Assembly: GCA_040954595.2 (NCBI GenBank)
Contig: CM082584.2
Span: 3,972,110 to 4,036,109, forward strand
Direction of reading: 5' to 3'
Length of the DNA: 64,000 nucleotides
DNA from: Balanoglossus misakiensis
Taxonomy: Eukaryota > Animalia > Hemichordata
A program made the translations under genes and the position numbers. Shown here in pieces: positions 13,901 through 25,900 of this stretch; within the stretch, counting starts at the first letter, position 1; every line of letters begins with the position of its first letter. The notes beneath the pieces were generated by a model. The model worked only from the letters and a program-made list of their open reading frames with translations, did not search any database and was not told the DNA's origin.

Positions 13901-16900
13901 GCAACAGCGACAAGTAGTCAGTGACTCGTGGGAAACCGAGTGGATGCCCAGACCAATAGCAGAAAAGGAAGCCGAGGCTCTCGCCAGAGCACTTGTTGCT
14001 TTCAAGTCAGAACTAGCCGACGCGCGGGTGGACATACACTCAGATTCCGCAATCCTAGTCCACGCATGGAATGGCGGCTTCCCCGGATCAAAATCAGTTC
14101 GTTTAAACGAACTGTTGAAAAAGATCTTCAACCTGTGTTTTGAGTCGAATATTCGATTAAGGATAGTGCACGTCAGATCACATGAAAATCCCGCGGATCA
14201 GCCATCTAGGCACCTGTCCTTGTCAGAGGCCACACTCTCGGATGAGGCGTGGAAGAAAATAGACAGGCAATTTGGCCCACACACAATCGATGCTATGGCA
14301 AACAAGTCTAACGCTAAATTATCCAAATTCATTTCCGCTTTTCCACAACCCGAAAACACCGGTGTAAATTTCTTTAATTATAAATTCGCGCCAGATGAGA
14401 ACCTATATGTCTACCCTCCATTCTCGCTCGTGCATGCTGTTGTGAACCACATCGTCCAAAACGCACTAAAAGCAACAGTACTCGTTCCTCGGAGCCACTA
14501 CCCTCCGTTCTGGCCGTCAATCCAGAGGGCGGCACGTAGTTTCAACAAATTCGCCAGTCGAGGGGAGGTCGGCGTCGTGCTTGGGCCAACACGATCGGGT
14601 TATCATCCGTATAAGCTACAGTGCGACCTTTTTGTCGCTACATTCGCCCCTTAGGTCTTAATTATGGAGACAGACAGACAAAAAATAAAGAAACAAAAAT
14701 AATTTTATTCAACGGATAAATATACGTATTTTTTTTTTTTATATACAAGCGACTAAATCATGCGCACTGTACGTCTTCACGTGCTTGTCCAATTTTCCCC
14801 GCTTAGGACTGCTGGATGTGCGGGTTGGACAATCATCACGAAAACTACTGCCATAACTGTGGCACCAAGACTCACTACTCTCGCCAGCGTGAACATGCCC
14901 AGGGAAGTCTCCCAACTGGTTTTAACCTGCCGGAAATCGATCAGCGTATGCAAGTCATTCTCGGCGATCGCTCTCAACATGAAATACAAAAGGACCGTCT
15001 CGTCCAACAACTGGAGTCGTTCCTTTTTAAGTTGGATAGCAAAAAAAGTATCTGGTCGGCAACACCCCAAGATATCACTAGGTTCCTTATTTTTAAAGAT
15101 AAAGACGCGAAAACTCAGGTACATGAGGTAAATTGTGCACATTTAGGATCATCTGGACTCCAGCAGTGTGCTTGTCCAAAAAGGCTCCGTGCCAATACAG
15201 TCAGAAATATGGTCTCCAAATTAAAGACATTTTATCAGTCCCAGGCAGTGGTAGCCGGTAAGGCCACCCCTAACCCCTTGGAGTCAATTATAATAGAAAG
15301 GTACATTAAGAAAACATCTGAAGAACAGGCCAGAGCACTCCTGACACCAAAGCAGGCGAAACCTCTCTTTCTAGATAAGATGCGGCTAATTTACCGTCAT
15401 ATTATAGACAAAATGAAGAGCCCACAAACTGCTCAACAATTGTACATTCTCGCCAGGGATATGGCATTTTTTAAACTACTAGCCTTCTCTGGTGACAGGG
15501 CGCATGATTTAGGACACGTGAAAACGCAGGAAATTTTGCGGCTACCCGATAATTCAGGCCTGCTCTTCAATCACACCTTTGGTAAAACGCTCCGGGGGGC
15601 GGGGTCAAACCTATTCGCAGTTAAGCGATGCCAAGATACTCTCATGTGTCCGATTAACACTTTGGAGGCATATCTCGAGCTTGCATCCAGCCTCGATATC
15701 GACCTTACAACAGGTTACCTGTTTCGCCCTACAAACTCACAGGGAGTGCCAGAGCAAAAGCCGTTCTCATCGCAATTAGCTTATCACCGGTTAAAAACAT
15801 ACCTACTAGATGTAGGAATCGACGCAGGCGAAACCCCACATGGCTGCCGAAGTGCTTGCGCTATTTCTTTGGCCATGGCAGGCACGGACATTAAGACTCT
15901 TATGTCCCATGTGGGTTGGAGGGCGGAAGAAACGGCACAGTACTATATGCAGTTAGGGAAGGTCATTAGTTGGGGATCACCAGCAAGCACCTTATCTGAG
16001 TTAGCCAACGACGAAAAGCAGAACACAAAAAGATATGAGAACCTCAATGAGTTAATTGGATTTTCCAAGGCTTTTGTTGAGAAAAAATGAGCCTCCCGAT
16101 GTATTTCTCTGACACAGTAAATTTATTTTTTTTCCCTTTGTTTTCTCTCTCTCGCACTATACCCCGACAGGGAAGAGTGCACCAGACAATTTTCAAGTAC
16201 TTATAACGGAATAAAGCACAATAAAATGAAGGTACCGTTTTTCGTTCTTTTTCATTTCCAGCCGTAATTTATGGCTGGATGAAGGTTGGGTGTGTTTGTA
16301 GTGGAAGCTTGTTTGTTACTTTGGTTGACTGTATTTTAAGGATTGGGGGGATACCCAACTAGGTAATAATGGGCTCAAGCGCGAGGAGAATAGGCTTTGC
16401 GTCCGGATGCGCCTCCAAAAGCCCAGACCCATTCCTTTAACAATAGGCATATCCATGAGCGAAGTGATGCGGCTTTAAATACTTAGTTATTCAAAACCGC
16501 AGCACAGAGCGATATCCATCCGCCATATGCAAATGAGCCGAAGTATAAAAGCAACGAGCAACGTACAGTCTGTCCCTCCCTTGCAATAGGCCAAGAGAGT
16601 AGGGCTATGTGCGTAAACGGGACAGGGTGGGGATTTTATATGACCAGCCCCCTCGGTAAATCCTTTGCGAATGTATTCCCACCCGCCCTCCCGCTTTTTG
16701 AATATAAGAGGTTTTACACTTCGCTATGGATGCGCCTCCAAAAGCCCAGACCCATTCCTTTAACAATAGGCATATCCATGAGCGAAGTGATGCGGCTTTA
16801 AATACTTAGTACTTTGAACCTTGTTGAACGAAACGTGTTACGCATGCGCTGACTGCATTACCAAGGCTGTAGCGAAAGCTTCTCTGGATCTGGTACCCGA

Positions 16901-19900
16901 TTGAACAAGGCATCATTTGCCAACTAAGGTAAGGTTTAATTTCCTAAGTTGTTCATACATCATTTATTTTGGATGATGGTAGGAAACAATGATGATATCT
17001 TTGTGGTCCGTACAACCTTGAAAATCCCCTCTTTTAAGCGAAAGATCTCTACAATACGTTCCGACTGAAACAAAATTTAACAAAAACACTTCCTGGTTCA
17101 GTAAACTTACACCCCAACAGTCTAAATGGTTGTATTGTTTTAACAAGGTGAATCGCATTCCACTAAATACGGACTATCACAAAACGACCTCGACAATTTG
17201 ATCAGCGACATTATTGTGCAATCAATTTGAAATAATCATATCAAATCAAGAGTAAATACAATTATTTTTTCCGTCCTCGGGAGTGTAGATTTTTGAGGTG
17301 TTATACATGAAAACAGTGTACATGGATATAGGCCATCACCGCCTAGCATTTTGACCACACAACTTTGACCACAAACATCACATGATTCGCCCAAATCACG
17401 TTATGTCATGAAATATGAAAGTGAAAGAGCAGTATGTTTAAGGTGGCATTGCATGAAACCGTCGAGACTTTTTCAGAGGCCTATTTCTCATCAAAGACAA
17501 CGTTAAAACCCCCATAAACCATATATATTCTGGAAGCTGAGTTTTTGAACTTTTGTTTGCGTTGCAAATATTATTGATCCCCGGAAATGGTGGCGATTTT
17601 GGGTTAAAAACCCATTTTTTGATATTATGTCATAAAATTTAAAATAGGTAAAAAAGTTGACCATGCATCATGCATCTTAATATGTCATTCGAAACTAGAG
17701 TACACGTGCAAAAATACGGTAATTTTGTTTTGCGTTATCTGCTTCCATTGAAGAGTAACAGCGTTTGAAAGTTAGATTTTTAGTAAAATTTGATGAAATT
17801 CACGGTGAGTTGTATTGAATCAGAGTTTATTCCCGCCAGGGACACTTTATCGACTAACAAAAACACCGTTTTGTTGGATGGGTCATACACAATCCCCAGT
17901 TAAAATTTGAGCAAATTCGGCCAACGCAGAGCGAAGCTATTTTCGTCTGAAGTTATCAAGAGCAGCGAAAATGCAAACTGAGAAAAACGACCATTTGCAT
18001 TGTTGACACCTATTTGTTAAGCTGTGAACTCATTCAGAAAAGTGCTATTTGGGGGTGATTATGCACCATTTCCGCCAAGACGTATTAGTCAGGATGTGGG
18101 TCAGTATTAGGCCTACCGATTTATGTAAAAAAGTAAAATTTGGCAAAAATCACAACTTTTCATGCAATGCCACCTTAATATACAACTTTTATTTTTTAAA
18201 TGGACACTTTTTTTAATGAGATGTGAATCTTGCATGGATAAAGTGTTGTGCATGCATTTTTTGTCAACAGTTTATCAACATACCTGTCACAAGTTCCAGA
18301 AAGAATCGACTCCCTTTAGCCTTAATACCAACGGATACATTTGTACACATTTCATAAAACCGACATTACAGTAAAGAAAACGATTGTGAAATGGCTAAAG
18401 TAGTGCTGCTTATGATCCGTAGTCTTTTGACCACAAGAATAATAAAAATAATTTGTGTACCTCAAAGCTAAAATCCTGTCCTGCACTAATTTATCAACAT
18501 GTCTATTATTAGTATCCAATATTCATCTTTAATTTATCATCAGATCAACATACCAAGAGTATATCTAACAAAATGGCCGAAGCAATGCCTAGTGGGAGTT
18601 TCCTCCAACAGCGCATAGATGAGAAAATCCTCTTCTGTCCGATCTGCCAAGAACGGATGGTGAAACCCAAAAGTCTACCCTGCATACACACCTTCTGTGA
18701 GAAGTGCCTCCAACAATGGGTGCGACAGAAAGGAGGCAGACTTGAATGTCCGACGTGTCGACGTACATGTCCACTCCCGCAGGCAGGGGTCAAAGGTCTC
18801 ACTAACAATTTTTTCATCAATGACCTGATTGAACTATTTGACGAGTTGCAGGGCAACCCCGGCGAGACCGTATGCGATTTGTGTGCCAGAAAAGCAAGCT
18901 GTTGGTGTCAAGAATGCGCCCAGTTCTTTTGTGATGGATGTCGGCGTAGTCATTTGAAAATAAGGATAACAAGAAACCACAGATTCATGTCTATGGAAGA
19001 ATACAACGCCGTGGCTGAGTCTGGTCGTGATCACCTGATTCGTCCCCGATTCTGCACAGTTCATCAAGACAGTCAGCTCAAGTTATTCTGCCAACACTGT
19101 CAGGTGAATGCGTGCATGGAATGTGCAGTGACCGTTCACAAGGGCCGGGCGCACAATCTGGTGTCGTTAGAAGATGCATTGGAAGAGTTCGACCCAGAGT
19201 TGCAAGACAAAGAAAATGCAGTGTCAAATAGGGTATTTTCACTCCGAGAAAAACAACAAGAGGCAACCAAAGATATAGAAGATATTGACAAAAACGGAAG
19301 TCAGGTTGTGCGTCAAATCAGACATAAAATAGCAGAAATGAGAAATAAATTGCAAAAAGAGGAAGACAGGTTGGTGGAAAAGGCGTTGGCAATGAGTGGA
19401 CAGATGAAGAAAAACAGGCAATCAGAACTGGACCAGATAGAATTCGATCTAGCCTCTGCAGAAAATTTGTATGTCTACACACGAAATCTGCGGACACACG
19501 GCAATGCAGCTGATATACTTTCCCAGAAGAAAGAACTGGTGCAGAGATTGAATGAAATCATAAATGATCGTTCAACAGACCGATACGTACCTCCACAAAA
19601 CACCCGCCTTGTTTTTCAAGAGAACAGCCAGTGCATGCAACTTTCTCTTGGAGAAGTAATCGACCAATCAGAAATGACACATGCTGCACGTGTCAGCCAA
19701 TCAGTTGATCGACAGATACTACAACAGCAACCTGAGGCAACGACCGAGAAATCTGTGATTAAAAGAGAAATGACCGACCAATCCGGGGTGTCTAGTATGT
19801 CACGTGTCAGCCAACCAACTGTCGAGAGGAAACAACAAAGACCTAAGACTCTGGCCCAGAAGACTTCTGCTCCTGGAGTTGTTACTGGTAATATGCCAAC

Positions 19901-22900
19901 GGGAACTATGGACGTTGATAGTAACATATTCTCATACTTAGGGGTGATTACTATTACATATACGTTTGCAGATGGAATACAAGGAGTAAGTAGTACAATA
20001 AAAACGGTTTGAGATGCACAGAAGGAATGTACTGACTATCGATTTGTTTATCAACATAGTCAAAAGAAAACAGGCTTTTCGCATTCAAGGTTAGACTTGC
20101 CCCAAGTCTATAGGCTTAAATTTCAGCAAAATCAATGTTCCGATTTAATATAGCGTGTGTGGAGTGAACGCATTAAGTTGTGGCATCGCGATAGTGATGA
20201 ACAGTAACCGAAACTCAGTACCGAAATTCAACCAAGGCAAACAAACGTATGAAGGGTAATGAGTAAAATTAAGAAATGGGGAACACCTGAATTAGTCAAG
20301 CGAATAGTGGGCTAGTCTAATTCAAGGTGAAGATGAAAAACCACGACTAGACCACAATGCATGCTTTAGTGATAAGAATGTATCACCCTAAACAAACAAT
20401 CTGTTATGAACTGTAACAATGAAAAAAAATCACTGGTCTGTACATTTCTTCTGTGCATCTCAAACACCTTTTTTACCGTTGTCGTTGTATATGTTTGAAG
20501 TAATGGTTTGGCTAAATGCGTTTGCATACCTTTGCAGTCCCGGCTTCTCTGTTTAAGTAAATTTTGAACTGTTCCTGGCTTGTCAATATCAATGTCAATA
20601 TGGGGTATGATATAGAGGGCTGAAAAGTGGTCATGTTTAGTAGTACCTAAGTCTTGCTGTTTCATTTACACACACGAACACTTATCGGCTATTATATCGA
20701 CTTAGTTAACTTCTTCGCAAATAACATTATTAATATTCTTTTGTCAAACTTGGTATGCTAACAACAGAGATTTGTGTATCAATACAAATTATTCACGCTA
20801 CATGAATAAGTGTATCGGAAATGTTTCCTTAATGTCATCATAAACCTGAAAGTTTTGACAGAAAAAGACAGCCAGCCCATCTTGACTTGATGGCCGAAAT
20901 CGCACAGAAAACGCTACAATCCATGTGTGGCTACACTTCATTGTTAGTGATGTTTTCGACTGTCACATTTTGATGATCAAAATAAAAGGAAACAGTCACC
21001 TCCCAAAATTGAACCTTCATGATTTCACCTTTTGTGGAAGTAATCAGATCATAATTGATATGAATATTTATTCTCCACAGAATCCAATATTTATTCTTAA
21101 AAGTTCAGTTAATACACGCATCAAACACGAATGATAACGCAACGATTGGTGGGGAACTAACCAAAGCCACACGTCTTTCTCACTTTTCAAAATTTGAAAT
21201 GTTGACGAGCGCGAGTTGTTTGTTTGAGAGATAAAAATCTGCCGAAGCGCCCTCAACGGCTGTACGTAAAAGTGTGTGTCTGCCAAGAGAGTAACAAACT
21301 CTGTGATCAAGGAAACATGGGTTTATATCTTTCAAATTATTCCCTCAGTAAATTTTCCGACAGATTCCAGTGTGGTAAACAATTATTTATAGTTATTACA
21401 CCTGATACGACATAAATCAGGACAACGTCAAAATGCTTCACAAGACTTGAATTATTATTTTAATTTTAATATTTTGTTTATTTTATCAACTCAAAAATAA
21501 CTAAATACATATATATTTGTAAATAGATTTTTTATAATTAGCCAAATTTTATTGTAGTATGACTAATAAATCATACGTTATAGTTATTATTATTACTATT
21601 TATTTTTCATTTCCAAACCCTACATCTAATCAAGTATTTGTGTGGTTTAGAATGATGTTTATTGCTTTGAATCCTTTGTCAGAAATATTTCGATTTTGTC
21701 ATATAATTTTGGTAAAATCTGACACCATACTCTACAAATTTAAAGAGTAAGTACCAAAACTCCCAAGTCACATGATTTGATGCTGCTTGTGTTGCAGCCT
21801 GAACATCCAAACCCTGGACAGCCATACAGTGGTGGTCAGTTCAAAGGACGGTTACGGGACAATGACGAGGGTCGTGAAGTGCTGCGGCTGTTGAGGATTG
21901 CATTTGATCGCCGACTGACTTTCACCATCAATGGGAAATCAAACAAAGTAGTCTGGAATGGCATAACACATGAGGATTACATTAGGTAAGTTTGATTTCC
22001 ATTATTGCTATTTCATCACACGAACACCCATTTAATTTCAATTAACCAACAATATGTTACTTTTTTGCGATGTGTATCAGAAATTTAAAGGGGTCTTCAA
22101 TCATGTCAGCTCTTGTTTCCCTGTGTGGTTTTAATGGCGAACTGGGAGAAAAAAACATACATTGTAGGTCATTGGAATAGTTATCAAAATTAAAACAACA
22201 CCGTTCCGGTGCCAGGAAAAGAGACACGTAACGTGAAATACATTTCGAGATCTCTATATGGAATAATTTTATGGAAATGCATAGGATTCCAGCCCTGAAT
22301 GTCTAGGTCTCTGCTAGTGACAAAAGTGTACATACATAGGTTATAGCAAAAAAAAAACCTAAAATCAAAGTATTTTGATCAGTTAGCCAACAAATCAATA
22401 GTACCACAAGTCAAAATAGCAACGGCAAAGAACAGACATGTACATGTATTGAAGCTCATTGAACATGTTTGAGCTCACCCGCTGATGGTGATAGTATCTG
22501 TGCAGGTAACCATCTTACTTAATTTTCACGTCTTTTGGTTTCATTGAACTACTCCTCTCGCACCTGAGTGTGTTCCTTGTAATGGGTACTAATGAGGTCA
22601 ATAATCAAGTTATCAGTTCTTTCAAAATATTTAGGGAATTGAAAATCAAAATCTACATATAGACACATTCTTATGTGACTCTCACTCAGACAGAAACGAC
22701 TTGCGCACGTACCTATAAAATTGTTGTAATGTTGATGAAGGGAATATCGACATGTTTTATTACAAACACATCCATTCGCAAGTAATTGTGTGACTGTTAC
22801 AACGTTACACGCCATTGTAACTGGTTGCATAGGAAGGTCGAGTGTGCGATGTCGTTTTAAAATACACAGCTATAAGCATGTGTAATTCAACCTTCAATCC

Positions 22901-25900
22901 ATTGATTGACACCTATTCAGGTTACCCAAAATGGCTATAAATATTGCAGTGGCATAAAATATTCCAGTATTATAAATCCAAGTTGCGTCAAACCCATCCC
23001 TCAATGAATGTCTTGTATTTTGCATCTGTCCATCGCAATAAATTGATGCAGATAATGAACATTAGGGCTTCTAACGTGACAATCAAACAAATACCAAATT
23101 GCCAGATGGTAAAACTAACATGTATAGTTTTGATCAAAACCATCTGGCTTACGTTCATGGCACACTTTCGATTCATATCGAAGTCTTGAGAATCATGGGT
23201 ATATTCTTCAGAATTGTCATATTTCATTTATACTTGGATGGAATTTTGAAATCACTACATGTATTATGTGGTTGTCGTTTGCATACTTACCCGAGTTAAA
23301 TATACTATTCCACGTTCATCGGGATCATACAAAATAAACATAATATGTCTAGTTTTCAGTCCAAACACAGAATTGAGGTTTAACAGCTCATTGGACGTTC
23401 TTTGCCTGGGGATGCTCAAGAAATTGTGTTATTATACAAATTATTTGAACTCAATGCCATGAGACATTTGGCAGCTTCATTTACATATCACTAATTTGCT
23501 GCACATCATTTTAGAATTTATAAACAGAGTTGTAAAATTTTCCAAATGCTAAAGGTGTTAGTCAAGAATCTAAGTACAGGTAATGTCATCACATACGAAC
23601 AGGTATATTAGTGCCAAGTGTGGAATATTATTTCCTTCTATATCATGGACTAGGCATTGGTGATATCTGATTATTAAGTGAGGTGTTATTTTTATCATGT
23701 CACTTTTAGGGTATAACTTGCTTCACAGAAGAGCACAATGCTGTATTTTTGTTATAAAACTTTGTTCTGTACTGTAGTTGTGTATATTTGACATCTCCAT
23801 TTAATTTAATAATATTTAACTGTTGGCAACCAACAGTGGTTTGGCGTCACGGACCATCAAAATTATTATTAGCTGCACAACGCGTACCACACACTTGTGA
23901 GAGTGAAATCATTTCGTGCACAGTAATGGGAAAACTAATACATGTAATACTACACATTTATTTTTATCCAGGTTTTGGATGTCCAATTGGCCATCTTATT
24001 ATGCAAAAGTGAACTGCACGGATGTGAGGGCGCTTTTCCCAATAGACTTAACATGGGCACGTCAATATAGGCATATGATAACAAGTGTTATGTATACTAT
24101 TCCACGTTCACCGGGATCATACAAAATAAACAGAATATGCCAATGTTGGACCAAAGAAACGACAGAATTCAGATGTAACACTTGCACGTTATATCTGTAG
24201 TGATGGTCAGGAAATTGCGATGTTGTGCAAATTATTTGAACTCATAAGATATTTGGCAGCTTCATTTGCTCAAATCTTACATTTATGACACTCATTACTG
24301 CACATTATTTGAAAGTTTTCAAACAGCATTGTTCTCTTTCCAAATTAAAGTCAAGAGTCTGGGTATAGTTAATGTTGTCGCATTGATGCCATCTGTAGAA
24401 TTTGATTTATTTTCTTCTATATCCTGTTACTATAGGCAACGGTGAGATGCGATTATTAAGCGGACTGTTTTTTCTATCACGTCACTTTTTTACGTTTAAC
24501 GTAACACTGAGAAGAGCACCATGCTTTATATTTGTTACAAAAACTTCGTACTGTGCTGTAGTGTATATTTGACATTTCCATTTAATGTCATAATCTTTAA
24601 TTGTTAGTCGTTGTTGAGAGTTACCAACTACAGATTTGTTTATTTTATCCAGGTATATTTTGAGAGATGCTAACTGGCGATCTTATGTGCCACAAGTGAA
24701 GAAAGAATTGGCTGCAAAAGGAGTGGTGTAAATGCCAAGACGCCCTCACAACATGGTTGTAGCCACCACATGGAATGCATAATGAGAAAGACCTCAAGTG
24801 AATGTCAAGTACTCCGTGACGAAGAGTCATTCTCTCAAATTATTTGGAGTTTTAGAAATATTTTATTGTATTATACAGAATAAAATTTGGTAAAGGAAAG
24901 CTAGTGTAGAATAGGATTTTGTCAAGAAAAATGTAGAAGATAAGGATTACTCTGTGTGTAGTCACGGTATATTTCAAGTACAGAATTATCGCTGATCTGG
25001 TTCAGTTCATTTGGGATAATTGCATAGTAATAAACTTTATAAAACTCTCAGCACAGTACATGTAGCCTACGTCACACTCAACATTTGGTCAGAAATACCA
25101 CATTATCCCCAAGTACAACAAATACTAATTGTTTTTTACCCATTGATTTGTAATATAAAAGAAGTTCATTTTTCTTATACTTAGCACTCAAATCTAATTC
25201 TTGCATATATCCAAGTTATTTTACACAGTGAATGGGGTTTTAACACATTAGTACACTGAATATAGATTTGAAAGCCATGTCAATTTTTGCACAAATAATT
25301 CTGAAGATTTTTTAATTCCATCAATACCAATGATATCAATTTATCACATGATAATATGGTTTCTTGAATATAGTCTAACAAGTAACATTTTTTTTTCAAT
25401 TATGTACATAAAATTTGTAACATTGGAAATAAATTACCAATAAAAACCAATACTCATGGCTTTGTTACATCTGTAAATCTAATAAAGCTTTTGTCTCCAA
25501 AGTTTTCATCTCAGCCACACATCCTTACAAGAGGAAAAACTCAATTGCTCAGTGATTTATTGTATACTTTTGAAGAAATAACTTGTATGCATGCACTTTT
25601 ATTTTTCATCCCCTAATTTCCATGTCATACTTCTGCATTTAGTTAATGTCGAATCCTATGTATCTTGCTAATAATCTGTTCTGAACCTCTAGGCTAACAC
25701 GTATCTAACTTTATATCAAGCTAGAAACAGAAGTGATATTCTGTTAAATAAAAACAAATGTATAATAAGGTATGGACGTTGGAGGCAGCAATCTATCCCA
25801 TCATCCCCATTTTTCCCGTACATGTTTCCAAAACTCTATCCCTATAAAATTTACCATCACCAGCGGTCAATAGTCTAGTCTGGTCCTCTGCCCCATTCCC

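Larger units (their letters stand above)
10422..16809 (+). mobile_element. Tyrosine-recombinase retrotransposon (DIRS order) with split direct repeats A1...B1-A2-B2; PAT-like because pol carries a methyltransferase-like domain
   Basis: gag (CCHC), RT-RNaseH-MT and YR ORFs. A1 10422-10526 = A2 16487-16591 (105 bp); B1 16405-16486 = B2 16728-16809 (82 bp). Empty site in copy 2 (ttaaatgta|tactttgaacc near 56543) shows insertion with no TSD. Confidence 0.95.

Noticed and set aside
13280-14131. Minus-strand ORFs over pol, YR and TRIM
   Set aside because: Antisense shadows of long plus-strand coding frames, with no motifs.
19986-20012. TRIM ORF ending at 20012 (and 59029) as a complete single-exon gene
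   Set aside because: GGA|GTAAGT splits the DTC motif GIQG|PEHPNPG, which continues in frame at 21798 (62306).
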